Shown one piece after another: positions 25,210 to 37,218 of a DNA stretch of 64,000 nucleotides. The DNA comes from a cyanobacterium endosymbiont of Rhopalodia gibba (GTDB taxonomy: Bacteria; Cyanobacteriota; Cyanobacteriia; Cyanobacteriales; Microcystaceae). The first letter of the stretch is position 1. Each line of letters opens with the position of its first letter. The notes beneath the pieces are model-generated. The model did not search any database. It worked only from the letters and a program-made list of their open reading frames with translations, and was not told the origin of the DNA. The DNA lies in contig CP067995.1 in NCBI GenBank assembly GCA_045159875.1, positions 2,304,001 to 2,368,000 on the forward strand, read 5' to 3'. Position numbers and translations under genes: made by a program.

Positions 25210-26230
25210 AAATGACAACAATCTCGTTCAAATACTTTAAAAATTACTGAAAAGCTTTTTAATTCTATTTTTGTTGATGACAGCCTGTGCCTCAGATAAA
25301 CAAAAAGCTGCAGGTCTTGGGGCTGATACCTGTTAAGCTTCAAACCCTACAATGAATTACCCTCATTGATAATTGTGTGGGAAGCCTTGAAGCTAGACAA
25401 CAGATCAATATAGTCTCTAGTGGTACCAGTGGACACACTTATTGTCAAAATTTTTACTAAAGAAGGGGATATTCTTCGCGAAGGATAAACATACAACCTT
25501 TCTAAGAGAAAGAGGATGTAAGAGCTGCTATTGGATGCTTGAATGTTGCCAAAGTAAAGTTATCAACTGCTGAAGCGTAATTATGACAACGGAAAGCTAA
25601 GTGAGTTTCAAGGCTGATGTACATAAAACCGAAGTTAATTTAACTTCAGCTGAGATCAATTGTGGTCGATCACGAAGTCTCTAAGCTAACGATGTGCTTC
25701 CTAAAGAAGACTTTGACGATAAAATATACACTTTAAAACGCTACAAAAGCTTAATTAGACTTCATAATTAAAACCTGTGATGCTGGCAAAGCATATCTCA
25801 ATGCTGCTATCCAAAATCTACTAGCCTCTGAAAAGAAGGTAAACTAAGCTTTAGCCAATATGAATAGTCAAAAATTTATTGTATATCAAGTAAGCTTAAT
25901 GAGAACTAGCGATAACTAACCAGTTAAACCCTAGCCTGTAATTTTCTTTATGCTCCCATTAATGGGATGTCAGGAAGTTTAAATTAAAAAGAAATGGGAG
26001 ATAACGTTGATCTTAGAGAAGTGATTACTATTATCACAGATAATCAAATTTTTAATCTTAATGTTAGTGTTACTGCAAAAAATTTTAATTGATTGCATCC
26101 AATACTCCCTATATAAATTATTAATCCTAATGAAACCACGGAAATAGCTATAAACAACAAAGTGATTGCTAAATCGCTCTTTAAAATAAGTAAATTTTGA
26201 TATTATTGCTGACAATCTAGGAAATTTAGA
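25210..26230 (+). pseudogene. RND efflux periplasmic adaptor (MFP) pseudogene
   Basis: Lipobox-like LLMTAC, VGSLEARQQINIVSS, IVKIFTKEGDILREG, later YAPING; fragmented. Confidence 0.55.
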
Positions 26231-26264
26231 TGCGATAAAAATATTTATTTTTTACATAAAGCAA

Positions 26265-26301
26265 ATTCTATATTTTAGTTTAAAAAACTAAAATATAGAA
26301 T
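26265..26301. repeat. Inverted repeat, 17-bp perfect arms, 3-nt loop
   Basis: attctatattttagttt aaa aaactaaaatatagaat. Confidence 0.85.
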
Positions 26302-27636
26302 ATATTAGAAACAACAAAAGTATTCCGACTGGTGGCTTAGGGCAAATTTTTTTATTGAAGATAATACTTAATTATTGGTCATCTCCTAGCCAATTTTACA
26401 TAATTAGTTAATATTTTTTATTAGTAAAATAGGATACTATTTTAGTGTATTTTTTAAAAGTTTAAAAGCTTAATTTTTATGTATTTAAAATACATGAACT
26501 ATAACCTCCTTTTAATCTATTTATTAAATATAAATTAAATAATAAAGAATGTCTAAAAAAATCTTAGGTAAACTCAATAAAACTCAATTATTTTATCGCA
26601 TTAATTATATTATGTATTCAACGTTTAACACTATTTTTTAGAGGTTACGATCAAAAACTACCTTTGCAAAACAACAAATATTTGAAAATTTTAAATACTT
26701 TAATAGGTAAAAAAATTACCTTTTTAAGGTTTCGGGTAAGCTTATTTAAAATATAAATAGTAATTTAAAAAATTGTAGTATCATCAGTGAAATTTTAAAA
26801 ATAGTTAGTTTTTCTAGAGACGATTATATATAATTTCAGGATAGATAAGAGTTCATGTGAACAAACATCGAAACCGAATATCCTTCATATAGATTTGGTA
26901 GTTTAATTATTATTAAATTAAATTAAATTTGGTAGTAATTGTTTAAAATCTGATTATAATTAGTAGTTTTAACATAAAAAATAAAGTTCTTTCGTTAAGA
27001 CTTTTTGTCAATTTTTAGTTGCTCTTTTGAATTTAATTTTTTTTTAAAAAAAGTGTTTTTAATTATTTTTTTATAGTTTTTATTTAAAGATATACACACT
27101 TATATATTATTTATTTTACTTGCAATAAAAAAGTAAAGCAACAGATATTTTAAACAACTTAAATTTTATTAATGGCAGCTTTTGTGGATTAACAATAGCC
27201 CCATAAAAACATAATTATAAAGGATTATTGAATTTAAATTGATCAATTTTTTTTTAAAAAAATAAAATTTATAAGTGCATAAAATATTATCTTTTCTGCC
27301 TTCGGTTGTTTTGTCTTGAGTAAAATGATTGAAACAATAAAAAAATGATAAATTTTTGTAAAACTTGTAACAAGAAAATAGATTAAACTTATAAAAAAAA
27401 TAACATTTATTGAATATAGTAAGTTAATTTAATTTAGTTATTCAAAGATTTTTTAAATGTTTCAAAATAGCAAGAGATTCATGTGTGTGTGATGATCATT
27501 CTTAACTATTTTGACCTCCACGGGGCTGACCAGTGGTTTTTCATGGAGAAGATCTCATTAACTCTAACCTCTGATACTAAGTTATCTTAAAGAATAAGCA
27601 AGCTTAGTTTAAGCAACCCCACAACATTGAATCATC

Positions 27637-28830
27637 ATGAGTGAGCAAACATTACGCATCTGTATTTTGGGGGGAGGTTTTGGTGGTTTATATACTGCCT
27701 TACGTTTGAGTCAGTTTCCTTGGACAGATGGACATTTTCCTGAAATCATCCTAATTGATCAACACGATCACTTTTTGTTTACCCCTCTACTCTATGAATT
27801 AATTACTGGAGAGATGCAATCTTGGGAAATTGCCCCTTGTTTTGAAGAATTATTGAGCAATACGAGAATTCGTTTTCACCAAGGTTGTGTCACCGCAATT
27901 AATGTCGAAAATCAACACATCGAATTAGATAATCGTCATAGTTTATCGTACGATAAATTAGTCCTGGCAATGGGGGGAAAAACACCCTTGGACCAGGTAT
28001 TAGGGTCAAAAGATTACGGCATCTCCTTTCGTAGTCTCCAAGATGCCTATCGCATAAAAGAAAGGTTGCGCTTACTAGAAGTCGCCCAGGCTGAAAAAAT
28101 CCGTATTGCTGTAGTAGGTGGTGGTTATAGTGGGGTAGAACTTGCTTGTAAGCTCGCAGACCATCTAGGAGAATTAGGAAGAATCCGCTTAGTAGAACGG
28201 GGAAAAGAAATTTTAAGTCATTCCCCTGAATTTAACTTCAAGGCGGTTCAAGATGCCTTAGAAAAACGGCGAGTTTGGATTGATGTGGAAACAGAAGTTA
28301 GTGAAATTACTTTTGATAGCCTATCCCTATGTTACAAAGGTCGAACAGATACCATTCCCGTCGATTTAGTTATTTTGACTGTAGGAACCAAAATGTTAGA
28401 CTGGGTAGAGGACCTTCCCTTGAAACACAGTGAACAAGGGTTGATTGCGGTCAATCCAGAATTACAGGTGATAGATCATCCTGAAATCTATGCGCTGGGT
28501 GATTTAGCAGACTGTAAAGATGCAGCCGGACAACAGATTCCCCGAACCGCCCAAACAGCCTTTCAACAATCTGACTATTGTGCTTGGAATCTTTGGGCTT
28601 CTATTACTCGACGTCCCTTGCTACCCTTTCGTTATCAAGCATTAGGGGAAATGTTGGCTCTAGGGATTAATAATGCCACTCTCAATGGGTTAGGAATGGA
28701 ACTTGATGGACCATTAGCTTATCTAACTCGACGGTTAATTTATCTGTACCGTCTTCCCACTTTTAAACATCAACTCAGTGTAGGGTTAAGTTGGATGATT
28801 CGACCTCTTGTAGAAGGGTTATTAGATTAG
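27637..28830 (+). CDS. ndbB: Type 2 NAD(P)H dehydrogenase NdbB (NDC1-like)
   Basis: RICILGGGFGGLYTALRL, FLFTPLLYEL..E..WEIAP, VVGGGYSGVELACKLA, TAQTAFQQSDYCAWNLWASI..RPLLPFRYQ.LGEM. Confidence 0.85.
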   Translation: MSEQTLRICILGGGFGGLYTALRLSQFPWTDGHFPEIILIDQHDHFLFTPLLYELITGEMQSWEIAPCFEELLSNTRIRFHQGCVTAINVENQHIELDNRHSLSYDKLVLAMGGKTPLDQVLGSKDYGISFRSLQDAYRIKERLRLLEVAQAEKIRIAVVGGGYSGVELACKLADHLGELGRIRLVERGKEILSHSPEFNFKAVQDALEKRRVWIDVETEVSEITFDSLSLCYKGRTDTIPVDLVILTVGTKMLDWVEDLPLKHSEQGLIAVNPELQVIDHPEIYALGDLADCKDAAGQQIPRTAQTAFQQSDYCAWNLWASITRRPLLPFRYQALGEMLALGINNATLNGLGMELDGPLAYLTRRLIYLYRLPTFKHQLSVGLSWMIRPLVEGLLD

Positions 28831-28908
28831 TTGATTAACAGAGAAAACAAAAGTATGGAAAGTAAAAAAAAGGATTTAAAAGATAATATTGTCAAATGAA
28901 TTAAGATT

Positions 28909-29310
28909 ATGAAATCTGCTCGAATTTTAGTAGTAGAAGATGAAGCAAAATTAACTTGGTTTATCGAGTTAAAATTTCAAGCATAAGAGTTATGTGATTA
29001 CTATAGCTAATAATGGGTTATCGAAATTAACTTTCGTTAGAGACGGTGAGCTAAATCTTATTTTATAAAATAGGATGTTACCCGACATCTCAGACCCTGA
29101 AATCTATAAACGCTTATGTTCTATCTTCGTCAAATTATTATCAAAGAGCAAATTGTCGAAAGGGTATAGGAAGGATACCAATTTTATGAAAGCCCCGAAC
29201 ATTATTGAAGTCTATATTCGTTACCTACTCCTAAAATTGGAAGCCCAAAAAGAACTTTGACTAATTCCGACTGTTTGAGGAATAGACTATGTTCTGCTGA
29301 ACTCAAGGAA
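28909..29310 (+). pseudogene. OmpR-family response regulator pseudogene with large internal deletion
   Basis: MKSARILVVEDEAKLTWFIELK at start; NIIEVYIRYLLLKLE..LIPTV*GIDYVL at end; only ~400 bp in total. Confidence 0.8.
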
Positions 29311-29397
29311 TTTTTTAAAAATTTTACAAAAAAAATGACACAAGTAAGTTAGGTTTTGCTAGAATTACAGGCGGTCATTCAGCTTAAGATAGAATCT

Positions 29398-29901
29398 TTG
29401 AGTAAAGCAGTAGAGATTCCCAACCTAGATATATTGGCGCAAGAGCTAGCCGCTATCCAACAGACAGGTTCCAAACGGATTGCCCTATTAGGTTCGCGCC
29501 ACGTTCCCATCACTCATCAACAATTGATTGAGATGATGACCTATGCTCTAGTTTTAGGAGGCAATCGTCTTATGACATCTGGGGCGACAGGAACCAATGC
29601 AGCCGCTATTAAAGGGGCAATGAGGGCTGATCCGAACCTCTTGACGGTTATTCTTCCCCAAAGCCTTCGATGCCAACCTAAAGAGTCCCGCGATCAATTG
29701 CAAAAGATTGTTCACTTGGTGGAAAATCCAGAGAATGATGGGCTATCCCTGAGACAAGCAAGTTCTCTGTGTAATCTAGAGATTATTTCTCGCTGTCAAC
29801 AGTTGATTTGCTTTGCCTTTCACGACAGCCATACTCTTCTCCAAACTTGTCAAGAGGCTGAAGGGCAGCGCAAGCTAGTTACATTATTCTATTTTGATTA
29901 G
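29398..29901 (+). CDS. Smf/DprA-like (SLOG fold) cyanobacterial protein
   Basis: LAQELAAIQQTGSKRIALLGSRHVP..., TSGATGTNAAAIKGA, ICFAFHDS; TTG start inferred. Confidence 0.8.
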   Translation: MSKAVEIPNLDILAQELAAIQQTGSKRIALLGSRHVPITHQQLIEMMTYALVLGGNRLMTSGATGTNAAAIKGAMRADPNLLTVILPQSLRCQPKESRDQLQKIVHLVENPENDGLSLRQASSLCNLEIISRCQQLICFAFHDSHTLLQTCQEAEGQRKLVTLFYFD

Positions 29902-29956
29902 CTAAAAGAACGCTGTTCTGATACGAGAGTTGTCATCTTTTTAAGATGATCTCAAC

Positions 29957-30118
29957 CCTGCTCGGTGCTTAAACTGAGCCGGACGCCTTAGAACATTCCA
30001 CCTTTGGGTTCTCGATGGGGATGTTTAGAATTTAAGCCCTTTCGTTGAATAGAAAATTCTGGTAGTGATACGGAGAAAACTCCCCGTTACCAGAGAGTTC
30101 AATGTGGGAGTCTGTCAA
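29957..30118 (+). mobile_element. Putative IS200/IS605-family right-end / TnpB omega-RNA-like relic without transposase
   Basis: GC-richer island with successive hairpins ending GGGAG-TCTG-TCAA; internal segments GACGCCT.., TAAG...GTTGAA..GAAAATTC resemble cyanobacterial IS1341-type 3' ends as I recall them. Confidence 0.45.
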
Positions 30119-30399
30119 CACAGAGATTGGGGTTATTCTCTTGACTCTCTCTTTGTCGCGACTAATGCTAGGTAAGTTCTCACAAGAGATTCAGTTAAAC
30201 GAACAAATAAATATTTCTAAAATGGATAAATTTAAGTAGTTTGCTACAAACTACCCAAAACCCATAAAAATTTTTGTTTAACGGATTAGTTAAAGTGGAG
30301 TTCTATGTTTATTCAGCTTGTGTAAGTAGTAGAAAATCTCATTTGATGAGTGGAAAGCCAACGTAATTAAAAAAAATTCCTAGACATTAACATTATATT

Positions 30400-30950
30400 C
30401 GGGAGATGAGGAGTGGAGTATAGTTTGCCTTAGTAAAATTAAATACTTTAAGTTATGGACATACACTATTGCCAAAATAGAGAAGACAATTACAAGTTTG
30501 TAGATATTAAAATTGCCATAGTTGTTTTGTCCTCTTTGAAAGCAGTTATTGCTAAGGTTTTAAAACTTTTAATCTCTAAAGGGATCGTTGACTTTTTTCA
30601 TCAAGTTTAAGATATTTAAGGAAAGCAAATAGCCATTGTTGCTGAAAGAACAGAAAAACAATGAGCCAAACATCATGAAGCACGGTTATTACCATCTTTC
30701 AATTCAGAACAGTCCGTTAATTATTTAAAATTAGGTCAAGCACAAGTGGTTGTATTAGATATTTCTACTCTAGAATACTATTCACCATTTGCTGTTGCCA
30801 AGGATTGTGGGTCAAGAGTATGTTTTTTTGACAATTGAACATTCGATAACTTAATGATTTAAATATTATTATGCAGTTAAAGAAGACTATAAGAAATTAT
30901 TCACAAGTAAATCCAAATATATGAACAAGTTAATAATTTAGATTCGAACA
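30400..30950 (+). pseudogene. Possible amino-acid ABC substrate-binding protein remnant
   Basis: Fragments NYLKLGQAQVVVLD and YYSPFAVAKD resemble the SBP_bac_3 C-terminal lobe; weak. Confidence 0.3.
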
Positions 30951-31025
30951 ATCTCAACTCGTTTGTTAATTAATTAAGAACAGCAAGGTTTAGAGAGAAT
31001 GACCTCTTTAATCTCAAGATATTAA

Positions 31026-32102
31026 TTATCGATGTCTCGGGGGGCGTAATGCAGGAAAAAGACGAATTGGACCTAAAATCTGGTTGAGTTCTCGTAATTG
31101 TTCAGGGGTTCCCATACAAATTAATAAATCTCCAGCAAGTAATGGAGTATCTCCTGTAGGACCGCCTAAAAGGGCTCCATCAGACCGGCGAATCGCTAAC
31201 ACTAATGCTCCCGATTTTGACCTTAACCTAGCCTCACTGAGAGTTTTTCCTACACAAGGACAAAATTGTGGATCAAGCAGGAATTCTTCCATGTAAAATG
31301 TGCGCTCAGTTCCTGTTAAAATACCATCTACAAAATCCATTACTTGGGGACGTAAGGCCGCTGCTGCTAGGCGTTTTCCTCCTGTAATATAGGGGGATAC
31401 CACCGCATCAGCCCCAGCCCGTTGTAATTTGAGAACAGCTTCTTCTGTACTGGCACGAGCGATCGCCCGAATATTAGGATTTAGAGTTTTTGCTGATAGG
31501 ACAGTGTAAAGATTTTCCGCATCAGAGGTTAAAGCCGACACAATACAGGCAGCTTTATCGATTTTGGCACTTATAAGACATTCATCGAGGGTTGCATCCC
31601 CTTGAATCACTATGTAGCCTAGCTGCTTAGCTTCTTCCAATTGCTCGGTACGTGAATCAATAATTACAAAGGGAATGTCTTCTGCGGTAAATTCTACAGC
31701 TACCTGACGAGCAGTACGGCCATAACCACAGACTATACAATGATGTTCTAACGTATCAATCAAGCGTTTCTCCTGTCGTTGTTTAATTCCTTCTTGAAAA
31801 TATCCTTGAATTAATGCTTCGGTTAGACGATTAACAATATAACCAATGGTAATTAACCCCATCAAGATCAAGACAATAGTAAACAATCGCGAGCGATCTT
31901 GGAGAGGATGAATTTCTGAAAATCCTACTGTAGATAGGGTAATCATGGTCATATAGGCTGAATCAATAACAGACCATTTTTCGACTAATGAATACCAAAT
32001 GGTTCCCAGTCCAAAGACTCCTCCTAACGCCAACGCCCCAAACAATAACTCCTTTTGTAAGCGTCGATACTTATCTTGAAATGAGTATATTGTCATCTCC
32101 AT
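31026..32102 (-). CDS. Potassium channel protein with TrkA-N/TrkA-C (RCK) domains
   Basis: Two TM helices with TLSTVGF pore, IVCGYGRT NAD-binding motif, TrkA-C domain. Confidence 0.92.
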   Translation of the reverse strand: MEMTIYSFQDKYRRLQKELLFGALALGGVFGLGTIWYSLVEKWSVIDSAYMTMITLSTVGFSEIHPLQDRSRLFTIVLILMGLITIGYIVNRLTEALIQGYFQEGIKQRQEKRLIDTLEHHCIVCGYGRTARQVAVEFTAEDIPFVIIDSRTEQLEEAKQLGYIVIQGDATLDECLISAKIDKAACIVSALTSDAENLYTVLSAKTLNPNIRAIARASTEEAVLKLQRAGADAVVSPYITGGKRLAAAALRPQVMDFVDGILTGTERTFYMEEFLLDPQFCPCVGKTLSEARLRSKSGALVLAIRRSDGALLGGPTGDTPLLAGDLLICMGTPEQLRELNQILGPIRLFPALRPPRHR

Positions 32103-33370
32103 CTCACCTAATTATTTACCATGTTCTGTCCTTTTGATTTTTCATTAAAAGTCTGTTTTCTAATTTAGAGTTAAACTAATCAAGCTCTTTCTGAGAGAAA
32201 CCCTTTAGAACTACCTTAACTCATCTCAAATTAAACCCAAGTTGCCTTCAAACTTATCGACTAAGTTTCTTAATTATTTGAGATGTAACAGTTCATTTAG
32301 CTGCAATAGTTTCAAAAAACATCACTTTTCGGTTAATTAGCCTGTAACCATTCCTCAAGTGTTAAGCTACGATCTTTGCCCTTGTAGATTCTACCATTTT
32401 ATTTGAATGAACGAGAACATATTCTTTGAAAATATGATAAGTTTTCCAAAAAAATTATAAAGCTAGGATAAATTACTGATTTTTTGTCTTGTTACTACGT
32501 TAGACCATAAGTTACGCTCCTAAGTTTGTTCATTTTAAGTAGTATATAGCCAAATTTTTTAATCGAATAAGCTGGACAGTTGAAACCCCTAAGCATAATT
32601 ACAAAAATATGATTTAGTGGTTAAAATGGTAAATATAGTTGACACAAAATTACTGTCAAGTGTTTAAATTTCCCGAGGATAAATTTTTAAGGAGAATACG
32701 AATAAATCAGCAAAATTGATCATAATTTTTATTATATAGATTCTAAATAAGTGTACATTCAATATAATATTTTTTTATATCACTGATACATTTATTTTCT
32801 TTACTATCTCGACAATTCTCGCCGTCAATTAGCCTTTAATGTTAGTAATAAATAAATGTTATCCACAAGATTATTTAATTAATTTAGCAGACCAGATTGA
32901 ATAGACAATCGAGATATAACATTTGATGAATAATCATTTGGGGGAATAACTAATTTGCCTTTTGCATTTAAACTAAATTATTTGAAGCCTAATAAACTAG
33001 ATTTAGCTCAGCTAATGTTTTGTCCATCTTAATGTAGCCACATTAGCCTTGGAGTGGAGTTTGATAAAGTGGTCTTAATCTTCGAGATTAGGTTGGACTA
33101 GTTCTTTAGAGTTTGAACTAATTACCTTACCGTTAAGCCAATTAAAGTGATTTTAATGGCTACAATGGGGACTATCAGTTTCTTCAACATCATTTCTCCT
33201 TCAACAGGGTACACCTTAGTTTTGCTATTTTTTGAAAGTCTTGGGCGAATTTTAACTTAAATACCGTAAAATCGCATTGCACTAAGGATTATATTAAGTT
33301 CAGTTGAAAATTGATCAATGGTGGATAAGATTTAGAAACTGAGGAGAATTAAAATTCTGTAAAAGAAAAT

Positions 33371-34513
33371 CTAGACATTTGACGAAACTCTGTTAGGAAC
33401 AAAATCACTAGTAGTAGATACCATTGCTGCTAACAATTGTTCAGATGAAACAACAAAAGGAAGGCGGTGAATATCTGATTGAGGACGACAAGTGACCTCT
33501 GCTGCTCGGCGCAATTCACCTAATGTCACCCTAGATAACCCTAACTCTTCTAAGGTTTTGGGTAAACCAATTTCCTCATAAAATTTTAGTAATTGCTGTC
33601 GAGAGGAAACCGCCAATTGATTGCTCTGAATCATTTCCTCTAGGCGTAGTTGAACTAAAATGCCATAGGCAACTTTTTCCCCATGTAAAATACTGTGGGC
33701 CGCCCGAATATAGGTTAATCCATTGTGGACTGCATGGGCAGCTACAGTACGGCAATTAGCCCCACCTAACCCTCCAATAACTCCAGCTAATAACACACAA
33801 GCATCAACCACTTCTCGCCACGCCTCACCTCCAGGAGTCTTCAGCGCAGCCGCTGACTCCTGAAATAATAGATCTCGTAATACTCGTGCTTGTTGAACAG
33901 CCGCAATGGTAAGGGTAGTAGTAGAATCACCACTACTGACAGAAGCTTCATACCATTTAGCGATCGCATCGCCTATCCCTGCCACTAAAGTACGTTCTGA
34001 AGCTGTTTTAATAATGGCATAGTCTAAAATCAGTAAATCGGGACATCTTGATAAAGAAACATCATATTGAAACGCCCCTTCATTAGAATAAATATTCGAC
34101 AGAGCTGTCCACGCTGCACAAGTAGCGGCTGAAGTTGGAACAGTGATAATGGGCAATCGATGTTGATGAGCGAGTAACTTGGCGGTATCGAGAGCTTTAC
34201 CTCCTCCTACCCCGATAATAACGTCTCCTTGATGCTCCTTAAGTGTTGTTTTGAGAGCGTCTAAAGAGCTTTCTGAACAGTCTGGTGCATAGACAGCATA
34301 GGCTAACTCTAGCCTACATTTACTAAATATAGGATAAATCACCTTAATAGTTTGCTGTCCTCCCACCACTAAAGGACGTTGACCAAAACTAGCGATCACC
34401 TCTCGAGCTTGATACAAGATCCCCTCTCCCTTGATTACTTGACTAGGGGAGACTAACAAAGGGGTTAAAGTTGTAGACACACAAGAAGGGACAGGAAAAG
34501 TTTTTGAGGACAT
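33371..34513 (-). CDS. Iron-containing alcohol dehydrogenase family (glycerol dehydrogenase-like)
   Basis: GVGGGKALDTAK, VPTSAATCAA, AGIGDAIAKWYE, AHAVHNGLT, LHGEKVAYG. Confidence 0.9.
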   Translation of the reverse strand: MSSKTFPVPSCVSTTLTPLLVSPSQVIKGEGILYQAREVIASFGQRPLVVGGQQTIKVIYPIFSKCRLELAYAVYAPDCSESSLDALKTTLKEHQGDVIIGVGGGKALDTAKLLAHQHRLPIITVPTSAATCAAWTALSNIYSNEGAFQYDVSLSRCPDLLILDYAIIKTASERTLVAGIGDAIAKWYEASVSSGDSTTTLTIAAVQQARVLRDLLFQESAAALKTPGGEAWREVVDACVLLAGVIGGLGGANCRTVAAHAVHNGLTYIRAAHSILHGEKVAYGILVQLRLEEMIQSNQLAVSSRQQLLKFYEEIGLPKTLEELGLSRVTLGELRRAAEVTCRPQSDIHRLPFVVSSEQLLAAMVSTTSDFVPNRVSSNV

Positions 34514-34698
34514 TGCTACGGACTAATCTAGTCTTGTTAAATTGAATACACTTAAATAATTTAACCTGGCAAATCGATTAAGTTAATCACACTTTAACTC
34601 AAAAAACAGATCTTTCCCAACAGAGAAGAAAAGTGAAAGAGGGAGAGAGGGAAAAACAAGAGAAAAACTTTAACTTTTATCTTTGGCCTTACCGAAGG

Positions 34699-35112
34699 TT
34701 AGGGAATAATTAACACGGGACAAGGAGATAGATTAATCACACGGTTGGTAACGCTCTCAGATGCGCCTTCCATCGTTAAACCCAGTCCTCGACACCCCAT
34801 AATAATTAAATCTGCATTAACTTCATCAGCCACATCGCAGATGGCAAATGATGGCATTCCCTCCCGTTCAATAATATCTGCCTCGATGCCTTTGTTAGCG
34901 AAAAGTGCCTTAGCCCCTTGCAGCAATTTTGCTACCGCATCAGCAGACTCTATAATCCTCCCTTGCTCAGTTTTTTGTTCTTCTGACGGTTCTTCTACGA
35001 CCGATAGTAATATGAGACGACTATTGTAGGTTTTGACGATATTAGCTACGGTTTCCGCAGCTTCGCGGGCTTCCCGACTTTTATCCACAGGGAATAAAAC
35101 GGTAGTAAACAT
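34699..35112 (-). CDS. Universal stress protein
   Basis: MFTTVLFPVDKS...ADLIIMGCRGLG...SVTNRVINLSPCPVLIIP. Confidence 0.93.
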   Translation of the reverse strand: MFTTVLFPVDKSREAREAAETVANIVKTYNSRLILLSVVEEPSEEQKTEQGRIIESADAVAKLLQGAKALFANKGIEADIIEREGMPSFAICDVADEVNADLIIMGCRGLGLTMEGASESVTNRVINLSPCPVLIIP

Positions 35113-35316
35113 GACTCATCCATCTCCTGATACATATCATTCCAAGACAATCAGTAACATCAAATACCGCCTGATTTCTTGCTTGTATTCCTATTATCTC
35201 AGGAATTATTCGATAATAATCTTAAGAAGCGAATAATCTTGAGTCATTTTTAAATCAACATAGGTGTTAGTCTTTTTTAGTAATTATCAAGCAATTATTT
35301 TAGAGGAGACTCAAAA

Positions 35317-36519
35317 ATGGCCAAAAAGACTATCTTAAACTTGTCGGCGGCCGAGTTGGCTGGAAAACGGGTTTTAGTTCGCGTTGACTTTAATGTTCCC
35401 CTCGATGGACAAACTATTGTTGATGATACTCGAATTCGGACAGCCTTACCAACTATCAAAGATTTAATGCGAAAAGGGGCTAAGGTGATTCTCTGTAGTC
35501 ACATGGGTCGTCCCAAGGGCAAAGTGGTGGATAGTATGCGCCTTACCCCTGTCGCCGCACGCTTGTCTGAATTATTAAAACAAGAGGTGATAGTATGTCC
35601 TGATTGTGTAGGAGACTCCGTAACTGCAAAGCTTGACAAGCTCGAAAGTGGTCAAGTGGCTTTACTCGAAAACCTACGCTTCTATGCAGAGGAAGAAAAA
35701 AATGATCCCGAATTTGCTAAGCAATTAGCTTCTAATGCAGATTTGTATGTCAATGATGCTTTTGGAACTGCTCACCGCGCCCATGCTTCCACGGAGGGAG
35801 TTACTCACTATCTTAGCCCCAGTGTTGCTGGCTATTTAATTGAGAAGGAACTTAATTATCTTCAAGCGGCGCTCAAAAACCCCCAACGTCCCTTAGCAGC
35901 AATTATTGGTGGTTCTAAAGTTTCTGATAAAATTGGAGTAATTGAAACCCTCCTAGAAAAATGTGACAAGCTGATCATTGGTGGAGGAATGATTTTTACC
36001 TTCTATAAAGCTCGTGGTTTAAATGTTGGTAAGTCTTTAGTTGAAGATGATAAATTAGAATCAGCTAGGTATCTCGAAGCTAAAGCTAAAGAAAAAGGTG
36101 TAGATTTTTTATTACCTTCTGATGTGGTTTTAGCCGACAACTTTGCTTCAAATGCTAATAATAAAACTGTCAGTATTGATAGAATTGAAGACGGCTGGAT
36201 GGGGTTAGATATCGGACCTAATTCCATTAAATTATTCCAAGAGGCTTTGGCTGATTGTAAAGTAGTGATTTGGAATGGACCTATGGGGGTTTTTGAATTC
36301 GATAAATTCTCCTTTGGAACGGAAGCGATAGCTCGTACTTTAGCGGATTTAACCGAGACTGGAACCACTACTATCATTGGAGGCGGCGATTCTGTTGCTG
36401 CGGTAGCGAAAGTTGGAGTGGCTGAAAGAATGAGTCACATTTCCACTGGCGGTGGTGCAAGTTTAGAGTTTCTAGAAGGTAAAACTTTACCCGGTATAAC
36501 TGCTTTAGATGAAGCTTAA
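35317..36519 (+). CDS. pgk: Phosphoglycerate kinase
   Basis: [52 protein letters not shown]. Confidence 0.98.
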   Translation: MAKKTILNLSAAELAGKRVLVRVDFNVPLDGQTIVDDTRIRTALPTIKDLMRKGAKVILCSHMGRPKGKVVDSMRLTPVAARLSELLKQEVIVCPDCVGDSVTAKLDKLESGQVALLENLRFYAEEEKNDPEFAKQLASNADLYVNDAFGTAHRAHASTEGVTHYLSPSVAGYLIEKELNYLQAALKNPQRPLAAIIGGSKVSDKIGVIETLLEKCDKLIIGGGMIFTFYKARGLNVGKSLVEDDKLESARYLEAKAKEKGVDFLLPSDVVLADNFASNANNKTVSIDRIEDGWMGLDIGPNSIKLFQEALADCKVVIWNGPMGVFEFDKFSFGTEAIARTLADLTETGTTTIIGGGDSVAAVAKVGVAERMSHISTGGGASLEFLEGKTLPGITALDEA

Positions 36520-36651
36520 TTTTTAGCCTAGTCGATTTTTTAAGTGAGCAAAATTGAGTTATTAGCGATAATAATGAATTTTGTTTTTTTCCTAAATTTT
36601 TTAGTATGTGTAAAACTCTTTTGTTTAAGAAAACTTGATCCTACAATAATA

Positions 36652-36676
36652 CCCACGAATGAATGCTATCCGTGGG
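36652..36676. terminator. Hairpin between convergent pgk and petE
   Basis: cccacg(aat)...(atc)cgtggg followed by a T-rich tract. Confidence 0.45.
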
Positions 36677-36723
36677 CTTAATTTTTCTAAATAATGAATT
36701 CCCAATTAACTTAGACTTAAAAA

Positions 36724-37092
36724 CTACTTGACAATTATTTTACCCACCATACCAGCACCACGATGGGGTTCACACCAGTAGGTGTATTCTCCAGGTTCGT
36801 CAAAGGTGGCTTCAAAAGACTCTCCAGGGGAAAATACAAGACCCTCATGGTTATACTCACTCGCCTTATCAAAAACAACGTTGTGGGGAGGTAATTTATT
36901 GTTCACCCACTTAACGGTGTCCCCAGCACTGATACTAACTTGCTTAGGTTGAAACGCAAGCATTCCGTTATCTGCACCCATTTTCACCGTAACAGTTTCA
37001 GCAGCAACAGGCCTAACAGCTACAAAGAAGCTAGAAACAATCAGCACAACAGTAGCAAAAAATAAGCCTAATTTGTTTGACATTCGGTTCAT
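36724..37092 (-). CDS. petE: Plastocyanin precursor
   Basis: Signal peptide, [33 protein letters not shown] copper ligands. Confidence 0.96.
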   Translation of the reverse strand: MNRMSNKLGLFFATVVLIVSSFFVAVRPVAAETVTVKMGADNGMLAFQPKQVSISAGDTVKWVNNKLPPHNVVFDKASEYNHEGLVFSPGESFEATFDEPGEYTYWCEPHRGAGMVGKIIVK

Positions 37093-37218
37093 CCTGTAAA
37101 TAGTTTAATCACCTTAGCGGTTTAGCTTGTCACTCATTTTACTATGTTTACTCAAATATGACTACCAACTTTGACAGTTTGTCTTTTGACAAATCCATAA
37201 AACTTTGCTGGTGACTGA

